A DNA stretch of 63,678 nt, filler included, from Welwitschia mirabilis (Eukaryota), in NCBI GenBank assembly GCA_051453625.1. It is 6 parts of one record of this genome, joined end to end, with 100 filler letters (N's around TTAATTAATTAA, not from the genome) between each part and the next. Parts side by side here need not be neighbours in the genome. Positions count along the whole stretch, not along the records: positions 40,527 to 45,830 come from JBOZIK010000001.1; positions 45,931 to 58,100 come from JBOZIK010000001.1; 4 more parts are not named here. The stretch is one strand, 5' to 3'. Numbering within the stretch: the stretch's first letter is position 1; every line of letters starts with the position of its first letter. Under the pieces are notes generated by a model. That model did not search any database and was not told the origin of the DNA. It worked only from the letters and a program-made list of their open reading frames with translations. This document shows, piece by piece, positions 41,181-53,946 of this stretch. The position numbers were made by a program, and so were the translations under genes.

Positions 41181-41826
41181 GATTGGAGACAAGAAACATC
41201 TAAAAGAGACACTAGATCTAAAGGAAACAGGTAGCTAGAAGACAATGGATAGGATTTGGGCTCTATTCATTTTTAAAAATAAGGTTAATTAGGTGAAATT
41301 TAATAAAGAAATTAGGTCCATTAATAATTCTACTACACTGTAACCCTACAAGTCTAGTCAACCAGTTTGAGGTCTAATTAACCTGTTAAAACGTGAATCA
41401 CAGTACTTTTAGGATTCGGGTAACTGGGTTTTCAGTTTAATCGACCGATAACTTTTAGTTGACCAAATCATAGATCTAATCGATCACCCTGCAACCAGCC
41501 AAAGGACAAAGAAATAACTTCTAGTTCATTTCAAAGATAAAGAAAATTATCAAAATTTAGGAGTTTAGTAAAGATATCAGCAAGTTGATAATCTATACTA
41601 ACAAGATTCATAGAAATGTTTCCTTTTTCAACTTATTGTCTTAAAAAATGGTGTTTTAGTTTAATGTGTTTAGTTTTGAAATGCTGAATAGGATTTTTAG
41701 AAATATTTATTATACTAGTGCTATCATAAAAAATAAGAACCTGTTTAAAAACTATACCAAAATCTCTTAGCATTTCCTTCATTCAAAGGAGATGGACACA
41801 ACTCCTCCCTGTTGTAATATACTTAG

Positions 41827-42535
41827 TGTTGCGCTACCAAATAATGATTATTTAATATGGTTTTATGAGTTGTTTTACAAGAATTTTATACAAGTTTAGG
41901 TGCAATTCTGAGGATTTTAGAGATACATGAGGAAATCTCAGAAAAGTACAATTCTTATCCAAATTTAATGTATTAAAGGTACTTTCTAATGCACAGAGCT
42001 TTAAAGAAGGATTAATGACAAAAATTCTAAAGTTCTCTTCAAAGAGATAATCAAAGAAGACCATCGTCTCCTCCATCGTCCCCATGACAGGTAGGATGAC
42101 AACTACTGATGTGGACTATTGAGTCATCATTTGGAGAATATTTTATAATATGCTATCATCTCCTATGTCATCTAAATGATAGCCCGAATAACACCTACAT
42201 GTAACTGACTCTGATAGTGACCCGTAACCGTTTGATCTGTTTTTGAGTTATTTATGAGCGTGCCTTTCCTCACCTACTGTTTATCCTTTTTTGCTGTATT
42301 TTCTTATAAATAAGTCCTTTTTTAAATCTATTTCTCATATTCATTACACCAAAAATCCTTGTGATAGGAGGTAAAAGAAACAGAGATCCATCTACGTGTG
42401 TTGTAGAAAGACGTGCACTTAGTGGAGGGCTTTGTATCCTTCATTGAGACCTGACTATTTTGTAACCCAGATGTTGTTACTATTTTAATTTAAAACTTGG
42501 TTTTCTTTTCATGTCTGCATCTTAGGTTTTAGACT
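41827..42535 (+). mobile_element. Athila-like LTR, 3'-truncated
   Basis: Starts TGTTGCGCTACC and matches the reverse complement of 27903-28608. Confidence 0.88.
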
Positions 42536-42999
42536 TATATAAAGTTAAAGAAGAAAGAAGAATTTCTTTGTCTAAATCTCAATGAAGATACATCTTCTAA
42601 TCCTTCCAAATACATAAAAGATGATCTTCTTCATTCCACTTCAAATTAACAAATGAAAAGTACTAGAACTACATGAATAATAACTTCCTAATGTTTGGTG
42701 CATCTTTAAGTAAAAGCACGCCTAGAGAGTGCATCTAAAAGGAAATAAAATAATAATGCTACTGCTTCTATTAAATTATTCATAAATGAATGACCTTAAC
42801 CCCTTCCCTTTGGGGATGGTTTATCACTATCAAGGATTCTTCTTAGTAAATTTTCTCTTATGCTTTCTTTAGATCACATGTTTTCTTCTCACCCAGAAAA
42901 CCCATGGATGTTACAAAAGCTAGCTTTACGATTATTGATTTAAGTAATACTAGTAAAGACAACATGAAAGTCCATGTAGAAGATTTCTCTAATCTCTTC

Positions 43000-45725
43000 A
43001 ATTCCATCTCGTAAATCTATTTTCCTAGAATATTAGAGGCTATTAAACCCTCTGTGCAAATAGTATATTAAAAAAGTAATTAATAGGTCTCCATTTGTTT
43101 TTTTTGGTGATAGTATTTATTTACAAGAACTTAACATTGATGGCAATGATTTTTGTTTTACTTATAATCATATTACCCTTGGATATATGTTCTTATTTAC
43201 ATCTCATTCCTAACATCACAATAGCTATGTATCACTAATTTATCCTTCATGAATTCATTTAGTTTTGGATTGTGATCTTAGTAGTGATAATGTAGTAGCA
43301 TAACTCTAGCTTCATTGATATAATTTCACTTTTATTATTGTTTTTATTTATGCTTTTAATAAAACAAAGGATACAAATGTCTTTAATAGGAATTTGTAGG
43401 ATTTACTAGATGCTATTTGGTACTTTATGAAAAACTTGAACAGGGTCATCTCCCCTAAAGATAAGATAAGAAAATTCCCTCCTTCTTTAGTGCTTTAGAG
43501 TAAGGAGCTTAGAATCATCTCATTGTCTACTTTCATATGTATAATTCTATGTATCTTATTGAGAGAACTTGCTTTCCTATTTCAATTGGTCTAGGAGGTA
43601 GATAGGCAATAACTTAGTGCTTATTCATTTGAACAGGGTTTATCTCTTTTGTGCCAATCGCATTCAGTTAGTAATCTTAGTAGAAATCTAGTTCATAACA
43701 TTTTCTCTTTGTCTATTTTAGATCATTTCTCCATCATTATTAATATTAAGAATTTTAAAGCTATCCCCATTAGAGACTCCAATTTTGTCCTTCATACTTT
43801 ATTTCTTCATAAAGTCTATGTTATATTGTCTTTGGATCATGAATAGCTTATCTAATAATCATATGAGTTAATATTCCTGGTGGAGAGAAACCTATGAAAG
43901 AATCTCAATTTAATGAGGGAATTTAGTAAAATGGTAGCTAATCATTTTAACTAATAAACTATTACTTGATCTAAGAAAGCCAAATCCATTATTATAGCTC
44001 TTAAAGGAGATCCCTTTAATACTATTCTTTAAGAATCTAATCTAAATGTACCTACCAAGATTGAACACATGAAAAATCAATAGGCTCATTCTCATTGCTT
44101 TTGATCTTGGTGGTAATAGCTTAAAAGTGGTGATAATCCTTCTAAATCCTTTGTTAAAATTCTGACATTTCATTTTTCCTTATCTAGGACTATTTTTGTT
44201 ATTCAATCCAATGAAGTAAAGTTCACAGATCCCTCTAAAATTAATGAAATATTTTTCTTAATGATTTATGAAATTTTTTAATTGTAAGTCTGACTTCATT
44301 AGTGAAAATGCAACATGAGAAAAGCTTAAAGATCATATTCCTTTTTTTGTTCTAGCTAATTTGATTCTCCTTCTTAGGGAGCATCTCTCCTTTGCAAAAA
44401 TCATTAATGTTATATAGGAAACAATAGATGTAATGCCCTAGTCCAAACGGTCTCCTTATTAAATCTTATAAGCATTTATGGGACATAATTGATAAGCCTT
44501 TCTATGAAGTGTATATAATCTTTATCTCCTACAACAAATTTATTAATACATAACTAATCAAGATCAGCCCCAATGGAGAGAATGAGAATTAAACCAGAGG
44601 TTGGTGTTCTATCATATTGTTAAATGTTTCACACAAGGTAATTGCTAAAGCCTTAGATAATAGGTTAAAAAAGAATGTTCTGCCTAAAACTATTTGTTTT
44701 AAACAAACTATCCTTATTAAAGATCATTTTGTTTTAAGTAATATTATTGGTTTTACTAAAGCATGAAAGTGGAGATTTCAATATAACCAAGACTTCATCT
44801 ATTTCTTCTTTTCGAAAGATTAACTACTCTAAAGCATATGATATAATTTTAAGGAATTTTATTTTGAAGATGATCTAACAAATTGGCATTGAACATGAAT
44901 TTTTGTAACACATTCAGATGTGTTTTTCTAATGCTTATGCTAGAGTCTATGTTAGTGGATCTAATTCTACTCCTTTTCAATTAGATAAGTTACTTTATTA
45001 AGGTTTCCCCTTGGCTTGTTATTTGTTTATTATTGTTGCCAATGCTCAAAGCCCTTTTAATGATTGATTTTATTCATGATATTTTCCTTCAAAATTACTC
45101 TTACCAATTTTCTAATGAACCTATTGCTGATGACTCATTATTCTTGGTTTATAGCTCTTCCTCAGATATTTCTCATTTGCTTTAGTGCCTTACAATTTAT
45201 TATTAAGGGTTTGACTCTAGTATTAATTGGAATAAGTCTACATTTTTTTCCTCTAGTCCACTCAATAATTGCCACACTTATTTAGGATACAACATTAAGG
45301 CAAGTAAGGTTTTTAAGATGCTTTTTGTACCTTTCAACTTTTACATCTCTCTGTCTCAACTTTTGGTTATGTGTTATTAAGATGGTTTAGAAGAAGACCT
45401 AAAAATGACTGTCTAGAGATATTTATTTACATGGAAAGATTACTGTTTGTAATGGATTTCTTGTTGCCAATTATCTCTTTTATTCCAGTGTTTAACTTTC
45501 TATAAATTATCTTATAATAAGCTTATGGAAATTTTAAGAAATTTTCTATGGTATTCTAAAGATTCTAATCATAAAAGCTTCACTTGAATTGCTTGATATA
45601 TTTGCATTCATTATAAAGATCTTAGAGGCTTAGGCTCTAAAAACATTTTTCATTAAGGAAATTCTTGCAACTCATTAGCTAGTTAAGGCTAGTAATAGCG
45701 ATGATTATTGGAAGGTTCTCATAAG
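43000..45725 (+). mobile_element. Highly degenerate L1-type LINE ORF2 (endonuclease + RT)
   Basis: Relic motifs in the expected order: SILDHFSI (SDH), PSPNGL (PGPDG), HKVIAKALDNRLKK, KINYSKAYD, QFSNE (QFADD) and INWNKS. Confidence 0.8.
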
Positions 45726-45830
45726 TGTTAGAGAAATACAGCAAAGCAAAAGAAAAATAGCAACACACCAGATTTACGTGGAAAACCCCAATGTGGGGAA
45801 AAACCACGGAAGCAATGCAGAGCTCTCTAT
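45726..45830 (-). mobile_element. Terminus of a copia-type LTR inserted into the LINE
   Basis: Abrupt TGTTAG start. atttacgtggaaaacccc...aaaaccacgg is typical of reversed copia U5. Confidence 0.55.
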
Positions 45831-45930
45831 NNNNNNNNNNNNNNNNNNNNNNNNNNNNNNNNNNNNNNNNNNNNTTAATTAATTAANNNNNNNNNNNNNN
45901 NNNNNNNNNNNNNNNNNNNNNNNNNNNNNN

Positions 45931-46205
45931 AAACATTGGTATTGACTATAACCACTTTCAAATTTAACTTTGCCTAACCTCAACATTGATTTTTATCATT
46001 TGGTCAATATTGACAAGTCACCAAAAGTCAATGCCTTATTCTCAGCCAAAAATTTTCTACTATCAGGCAAAATTTTCTTGAAAAATTTTGTCCAAGAATG
46101 AGGCATTGACTTTTGGTAATTTGTCAGTGTTAACCAAATGAAAAAGTCAATGTTGACTTTAGAAACAGTCAAATTTGAAAGTGTTTATAGTTAACACCAA
46201 TGTTT
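45931..46205. mobile_element. Foldback/MITE-like long inverted repeat
   Basis: aaacattggtattgactataaccactttcaaattt pairs with aaatttgaaagtgtttatagttaacaccaatgttt. Arms are ~125 bp around a short loop. Confidence 0.85.
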
Positions 46206-46341
46206 AAGTAAAATGTGTTTAGGTTAATACTTGTACTCTCGCAATGCAGTAGAGATTAATATATCTTAATCAAATTATATATATATATATATAAGCTAAT
46301 ATACAATTAATATAAATAATAATATAACTTATAAAATACTA

Positions 46342-47185
46342 TGTTATGGTGCGTATTTGTGCAAGTTTTTACATTCAAAGAGACCTTGTCATTTATAACC
46401 AAAATAGATATCTAACACAATACATCATACTAGTACAAGTGGGAGTGGACTCGAAATATCATATCTCGTTGAAGTCTATGAGATGAGACTCATGTTACTT
46501 TACAAAATAATACTAGGAACCAGAAATAAAGAATAATGCAAGGAAATAAAGATACAATGCAAGATACAAGATGTAATATAAACTAATATGCAATGCAAAA
46601 ATAACCTNNNNNNNNNNNNNNNNNNNNNNNNNNNNNNNNNNNNNNNNNNNNNNNNNNNNNNNNNNNNNNNNNNNNNNNNNNNNNNNNNNNNNNNNNNNNN
46701 NNNNNNNNNNNNNNNNNNNNNNNNNNNNNNNNNNNNNNNNNNNNNNNNNNNNNNNNNNNNNNNNNNNNNNNNNNNNNNNNNNNNNNNNNNNNNNNNNNNN
46801 NNNNNNNNNCACAGCAGAGAAAGACAAACGGTAGGTGCGGAAAGGTGCGCTTCTTTACAAGGGGGACGACAGTACATTATAAAATATTCTTAAAATGATG
46901 ATTCAGCAATCCACATCAATAGTCGACGTCCCACGACAGAGGTGATGACGGTCTTCTTTGATCATTTCCTTGAAGAGGACTTTAGCATTTTTGTCTTTAA
47001 TCCTTCTTTAAAGCTTTGTTCATTAGAAAGTGTTTTTAATATATCAAATTTGGATAAGAATCCCACTTTTCCAAGATTTCCTCTTGTATCTCCAAAATCC
47101 TCAAAATTGCACATAAATCTATGTAAAAGTCTTGTAAAACAACTCATAAAACCCTATCAAATAACCGTAAATTAGAAACACAACA
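46342..47185 (-). mobile_element. Athila-like solo LTR
   Basis: TG...CA termini, flanked by tacta/cacta (4/5 TSD match). Aligns with 26625-27722. Confidence 0.85.
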
Positions 47186-47859
47186 CACTACATAGTATAT
47201 ATAATTTAAGAGTTTTATTTAATGCTATTAAACTCTAATTATTACTATTGTACATATATCTTTTACAAAAACGTCAAATACAAGTGGGTGATAAAGTAAC
47301 ACATATACGGCTAATGATAATTGTATGATGTGGTTGAGAGCTTAGCAAGCGTCAACTCTCTAGCGCCTTAGCACCCTCCCTTTTAAGAATTTACCGATAA
47401 TACATTTAAAAAAATTACTTTTCTACATGCGAAGTCCTCTTGTTTTCCAAAGAAGATGATCGTTTTCTTAAACAGGCCAAGTGCATGTGTTTATGATTAA
47501 CATAGAAACGACAGTTGTTTAACCTCCTCCTCCTCCATTGCCTTGCAAATGCTTTGACCATGTTTTTCACATAGCCCTTTCCTTGTAATTATAAAAACGC
47601 TCAAATAAAAAAGCACTAATAACAAGTTATCGGCCACCGTAAATCTGCACGGCGGTGGTTTGCATAACATACAAAAATCACACTCGACCCTGGTCTTCGC
47701 TTTCAAGTATACAAATAAAATGCACACCACAAATTTCAAATTGTATGCCATATGTCATCACCTCAATACATGTAATACAAAAATTGGGAGGCAGTTTAGC
47801 TTCTTGGTTTATTAATATAATAAATATACGCCGTTAATTAATTATGGAATCAACCCATC

Positions 47860-48450
47860 AGGTTGACCACTTTCATTCGAGTTTCAGGCCGAGCCAACAT
47901 CAGCCAAACTCGGCGCCTGAGTGGTTACTAATTGCGAACCGCAGATTAATTAGCGGAATCCAAGTAATGAGACTATAATTTAGGCGAGAAAAGCGTGGCG
48001 TTGGCGTGCGAAGAATGTATCAGACGGAATATCCAAAAATACAAGCATACGCCACGTGCGTAGCAGAGTCGGGTAGTCGGAGGCCAGCAACGCACTCGCC
48101 AAATGTGATTGGCTGTTCGGTTTTTCTGTTAAATTAAATTAGAAACCAAACGAAACGCGAACGCCATCGCCGGCTCAATAGGCAATTCCCATGGAAATTC
48201 GAAAGTGAGACGTGAGAGTTAACGGAGCGCCGATTCCAAAAACGTGGGCGGCACCGCAACACTGCCGGGAATTTACGTTTTCCGTTACCAAGCTACCATG
48301 GCTCGCTTTTTCTTTGCACTGCATCTGGAATCCGACGTGGAGTCAATGGCCGTCCCCGAGACCCGCTGAAAGACGGTCGTGTTGGCAGGGAGAGCGTTCT
48401 TGTGCTCTGATTTCCGTTGCTCGTTGTGCTTTCTATGATAGGCTAAAGGT
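47860..48450. promoter_or_regulatory. CpG-rich putative promoter/5' UTR with a G-box and an inverted CCAAT box
   Basis: CpG-dense island in CpG-depleted surroundings. CACGTG at 48053-48058, ATTGG at 48108-48112, and a possible donor AAG|GT near 48448. Confidence 0.5.
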
Positions 48451-49575
48451 TCATAGATGTTTTGTTTAATTATTTCTTTTACCTGAAGAAGTTAGAATCA
48501 GTCACATTGCTCATACCGTTAACAATTAGAGTGTTGCCTTTTTGAGAATAGGAATGGAAGAACTTAAATTTGATTAAATAACACAGTTAACTATTGGAGT
48601 GTTAGCCATTTCAAAATAGAAGTGGAAGATGTTAAAATAGATTTCATTGCTTATAGTTAACAACTGGAATGTTAACTTTTTCAAAATCAGAGTTATGAAT
48701 AGGGTTAGTATTTCATGTCTTTTACTTCTAATGCACTACTTAAGCTTTTTATTGGTTAAAAATTTTTATGTGAAGATTTTTAGAAATAGGTTACTTCCGA
48801 AGAAAACTTATATAACCCTCAAATCTAGGGGAAAAACAAAAAAAACTTAACATAAAATCTTTTTAACTCTTTTACTATGAAAAACCCGCTAAGAAGAAAC
48901 TAGCCAGAAATGAATGCATAAAAGGATCTTCTATATCTTTCACAAGAGTTTTTAGGTGTCAATTTTGTCTACCCAATACAAGCACTCTCAAAAGCAATTA
49001 CCTTCACAGAGTAGAAGAAAGAATCCTGAATTCAAATCCATTACTTGAGTTAATGGAGCTCTACACTTGACATTGTCTGTGTGAACAATTAAACTAGCCA
49101 AACAAATATTAGAATCTTGAGTTAATGTAGGTCCAAACTTCACATTATCTGTGTAACAAATTAAACTAGCCATATAAATATCAGAAATGGGAGATTAGAA
49201 ACTGGAAAATTTTTATTACATCTATGAGAACCCATTTAATCTATGAATGGAAAAACTTACAAGTTAAAATAATTTGAATACAGCTCAAAATAATGAGCAA
49301 TACAAATTAGAATTAGTGGAAACAATGCAAATAAATTACCTACAATTATGCTTTATTTTACTCTTAACAAAGAAGTTTGAGAGAAAAAACGCACTCTTTA
49401 TTTTCAGTCACATAAACATGATAGTGCATATTCATTATGCCCTTGGGAAATTTTGTCATCTTCTTGTTTCAATTCGGAGTTGATAATTCATTCTTACTTT
49501 GCTAATTTATCCTCTAGTTTTAGTTGTTAAAGTGTGTTATGAAATGAACAAAATTATCATAAAGGATTTCCAAAA

Positions 49576-51357
49576 ATGTCGAGCTTTTTACTAGCATTTA
49601 TAGGGGATTTCGTTCTATTTTTACTTAGGGAACTAGTTTACTACGAAGACGTGTTCTATGCAATGGTTCCTATCATTGTGACAACCGCCGAATGTGTCAT
49701 TTTGAAAAAGCCCTAGCCTTTGATTAGGATTTGGTTCTCGCTCGCCATTACCTTCATAGGTGGAGTGTTCAGTTCCACTAGTTCAAACATATTTGACTTA
49801 AGAGATTATCTAGCTAGCTTTGCACTCCTTCTTAGCATGTCAGCGAAATTTGTATATGCAAAGCATGTACTAATGAAAATCGAATTAAGTACCTTCGATT
49901 TCATTCTCCANNNNNNNNNNNNNNNNNNNNNNNNNNNNNNNNNNNNNNNNNNNNNNNNNNNNNNNNNNNNNNNNNNNNNNNNNNNNNNNNNNNNNNNNNN
50001 NNNNNNNNNNCTATGCGATGGTTCCTATCATTGTGACACTCGCCGACTGTGTCATTTTGAAAAAGCCCGAGCCTTTGGTTAGGATTTGGTTCTCGCTCGT
50101 CATTACCTTCATAAGTGGAATGTTCAGTTCCACTAGTTCAAACATATTTGACTTAAGAGATTATCTAGCTGGCTTCGCACGCCTTCTTAGCATGTCAGCG
50201 AAATTTGTGTATGCAAAGCATGTACTAATGAAAATCGAATTAAGTACCTTCGATTTCATTCTCTGCTACAGCATTGAGGAGCTTCTTCTAATGTTACTGG
50301 AGATGCTTATTTNNNNNNNNNNNNNNNNNNNNNNNNNNNNNNNNNNNNNNNNNNNNNNNNNNNNNNNNNNNNNNNNNNNNNNNNNNNNNNNNNNNNNNNN
50401 NNNNNNNNNNNNNNNNNNNNNNNNNNNNNNNNNNNNNNNNNNNNNNNNNNNNNNNNNNNNNNNNNNNNNNNNNNNNNNNNNNNNNNNNNNNNNNNNNNNN
50501 NNNNNNNNNNNNNNNNNNNNNNNNNNNNNNNNNNNNNNNNNNNNNNNNNNNNNNNNNNNNNNNNNNNNNNNNNNNNNNNNNNNNNNNNNNNNNNNNNNNN
50601 NNNNNNNNNNNNNNNNNNNNNNNNNNNNNNNNNNNNNNNNNNNNNNNNNNNNNNNNNNNNNNNNNNNNNNNNNNNNNNNNNNNNNNNNNNNNNNNNNNNN
50701 NNNNNNNNNNNNNNNNNNNNNNNNNNNNNNNNNNNNNNNNNNNNNNNNNNNNNNNNNNNNNNNNNNNNNNNNNNNNNNNNNNNNNNNNNNNNNNNNNNNN
50801 NNNNNNNNNNNNNNNNNNNNNNNNNNNNNNNNNNNNNNNNNNNNNNNNNNNNNNNNNNNNNNNNNNNNNNNNNNNNNNNNNNNNNNNNNNNNNNNNNNNN
50901 NNNNNNNNNNNNNNNNNNNNNNNNNNNNNNNNNNNNNNNNNNNNNNNNNNNNNNNNNNNNNNNNNNNNNNNNNNNNNNNNNNNNNNNNNNNNNNNNNNNN
51001 NNNNNNNNNNNNNNNNNNNNNNNNNNNNNNNNNNNNNNNNNNNNNNNNNNNNNNNNNNNNNNNNNNNNNNNNNNNNNNNNNNNNNNNNNNNTAAGTACCT
51101 TCGATTTCATTCTCCACTACAGCGGTGAGGAGCTTCTTCTAATGTTACTGAAGATGCTTATTTTGCTAGAAGTCAGGCTCTTTAAGAAACCTTTCAAATG
51201 GAAGTATTTAGGAGATTTGTTGAAGAACGAAGTAATCTTTCGGTTTGGAATTTTCTGTTTCTTTGCTCTCTTAATGTTGTTCTTGAGTTATTCAAGTCTG
51301 AAGGTGATATTGGCCATGGGTTATTCTATGTTGAACATCACGAATAATCTTTTAACT
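49576..51357 (+). pseudogene. GONST3: GONST3-like Golgi GDP-sugar transporter pseudogene in tandem partial copies
   Basis: VPIIVT..E..ILKKP*P..RIWFSLA, SMSAKFVYAKHVLMKIELST and ILAMGYSMLNITNNLLT match GONST3 VPIFVAIGETLFLHQPWP, SMTIDFVYIKHVVMTIGLNT and ISATGFTVLGIVNKLLT. There is an in-frame stop and the C-terminus is missing. Confidence 0.8.
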
Positions 51358-51654
51358 ACATCAAGGCCATACTTTATATTATTATTCTGTATGCATCCCA
51401 CACCAGTACTTTCATCTACATCCCATGCGCAAGCATAGTGGTAACGGGTAAGCAGAGCGGTAAGGTGCGAGCGAAGTGACAACAGGCAAGTAGAGTGATA
51501 AGGCGTGAGTGGAGTGGCAAGGCACGAATGGAGCAGCCATGCATGAGCAGAGCGAAACATGAAATGTGCCCGCGTTAGTGTTAGGTTTATTATTGACATC
51601 ATGCTCTCAACCTATTTTTTATTTTTAATGATCTCAATGTTTACGATGTTTATT

Positions 51655-52036
51655 CTATTAAACACCTTAAAAGCCTACATCTTTTATGGTGTTGATTCAG
51701 TTAAGCGCCGTGAAAGACTAGAAATATTTAAGGTGTTGATTTATAAATGCCTTAAAAACATTGATACATGGGCTTTTAAGGCATTTATTTACAAAATTCC
51801 TTCAACAAGTTTATCTTTTTGATTCCAAGATGTTNNNNNNNNNNNNNNNNNNNNNNNNNNNNNNNNNNNNNNNNNNNNNNNNNNNNNNNNNNNNNNNNNN
51901 NNNNNNNNNNNNNNNNNNNNNNNNNNNNNNNNNNTTTTTGATTCCAAGATGTTTATTAAAATAAATGCCTTAAAAGGCCCTATAATTAGAGAATTTATTT
52001 AAATAATCACCTTAAAAGGTACTATTTCTTATAGTG
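51655..52036. mobile_element. CACTA DNA transposon end (TIR + subterminal repeats)
   Basis: Ends TTTCTTATAGTG (reverse complement CACTATAAGAAA). aatgccttaaaa-type motifs repeat in both orientations. Confidence 0.75.
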
Positions 52037-52349
52037 ATTTAGTAATAAAATCTCTAAATTATGAGCTTATAGTTTAAGAAAGTCTATTAAATAAGCATTT
52101 AAGGAGACTTATTAAAAATTAAAAAGAAATTGGAGCTAACATATTCTAACATTTGTGGAACTGTTCCTATTAGGACATTAAGAGAGCATTGTTGTTTGGT
52201 CATTTTAAAAATGAATAAATGAAAAAAATATAGATCAATTTCTTTGAATGTAAGTTCAAGTACTATATTATTTTGAAACTTGAAAGGAGTATATCAAAAA
52301 GAAGTTAGACTATAAGATCAAGAAGTCATGCATAGATAATAAAGAGTAC

Positions 52350-53440
52350 TATTGTGATGCCAACTTGATCTATTTAATACACTTGTGGAGTACATTTTCA
52401 GGTCCCATTGATAGGTTTTTCTAAGGATTTATGTAAATTCTACAAAGCTTCCATATAGGACAAAATATGTAATAATATTCTAAATAAGAAGCCATTTTTG
52501 GATAACAAATCGACTAAAGCAAAGTGATGAAGATATATTGGTCATGTTCACTGTCGTGGGGACGATAGAGGAAACAATAGTCAGAAAAGTATGGTTGTCC
52601 TCTGTGTCATGAGGACAACGATCGGGAATCTTGTCATGTGCTAAGCATTAGTTGCAGATAGGGTGTTGTCCTTTATGTCATAAGGACAAGACGAGGGACG
52701 ACACTCAAAATAATTTATAACTTAATTAAATTGTTATCAAAGGGTGGATCTAACTCGTACCTCTTTGTTTCACACCCTTTAGCGATCTATCCCAATCTAT
52801 AAATAGATCCTTTCAAAGCCTATTCAAATCATCCTTTGTTATTTACATTCTTGTAACCATTGGAGATTGTTGGAGATAAGGAGATCCATTCTCCATTGTG
52901 AGAAGGACCACATTGATGTTAACCAGTGAATCTTTCATTGAGGAGTTATTGTCGTAAGTGGATGTATTTCAATTTCATTAATAAAAGTATTGATTGAATT
53001 GAAATATTTTTGAATGTTTTATTATTCTTTCTTATAACTTATCTTAATTGCAATTTAAGTGATATAAATTTGTAATTAAAATAGATTATAAGAACCAATC
53101 TAAGTGACAGTAGATTGGAATTTAGTTAATTCATTGCATTAGAATTAAATTCATTACATTGCATTTTATTTTATTACATTGCATTGCATTCCATCTTCAC
53201 CTTTGCGTTGTTTACTTTTATTTCCTTGAAAGCAGAAGTTTAAAATATTTATTCTTCTTTTTATGAAAGAAATTTTTCATATTCTCTTTCTAAAGTATTC
53301 TCTAAGTGTACGACATTTGGGTTGATCCTACTATACAAATGTGTATTATGTGCAATGAGGTTATTAGCTTTTTTAGATCCTGCAAGTTAAATTTGATCTT
53401 TAGAATATTGGAATTAAAAGAACAAATATGCATCACAACA
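52350..53440 (+). mobile_element. Athila-like 5' LTR followed by a PBS (53442-53462)
   Basis: Runs tattgtgatgcc...catcacaaca, then tttagcactattgtcggggga. Confidence 0.8.
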
Positions 53441-53946
53441 TTTTAGCACTATTGTCGGGGGATACTTCAAGAGAAAAAGAAATATTATCATTACTCAAGT
53501 AAGTATTTTAAATTCATTTCAAATTGTTTGTTTGAGTAGTATTGTATTTTATCCTCTTGGATCTATTTATAATTACTTGATTACCTTTTGGTCTACAAGT
53601 AATTGTTTCATTATTCATTTGAAGTGTACTTTAATTTCCTTTCTTACAAATTGTAATTTTCATTTCTCATAATTTTCCTTTCTTTACTTTCAAGTGTAAT
53701 TTTAGGAATTCATATTTCAATTCATCAATTTATTAGGTCTACCTCTTGCACTTCGTGTGATGTTGGGGATTACCACATTGATTATTATTTGCAACAAACT
53801 TGAATTACACTTTATGCTTCATGTAATCTGAGTGATTTCCACATTTATTTGGTAGATCCTACTCCTTGCATCTTTGCATGATCCTGAAGATTGATGCCAC
53901 CTATATGTAAAGAAGTTTGTTTAACATAAATTGATCTTACAGGGTA

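Noticed and set aside
48212..48469. 85-aa ORF in the CpG island
   Set aside because: It has a non-ATG start and no homology, and is expected by chance in GC-rich DNA.
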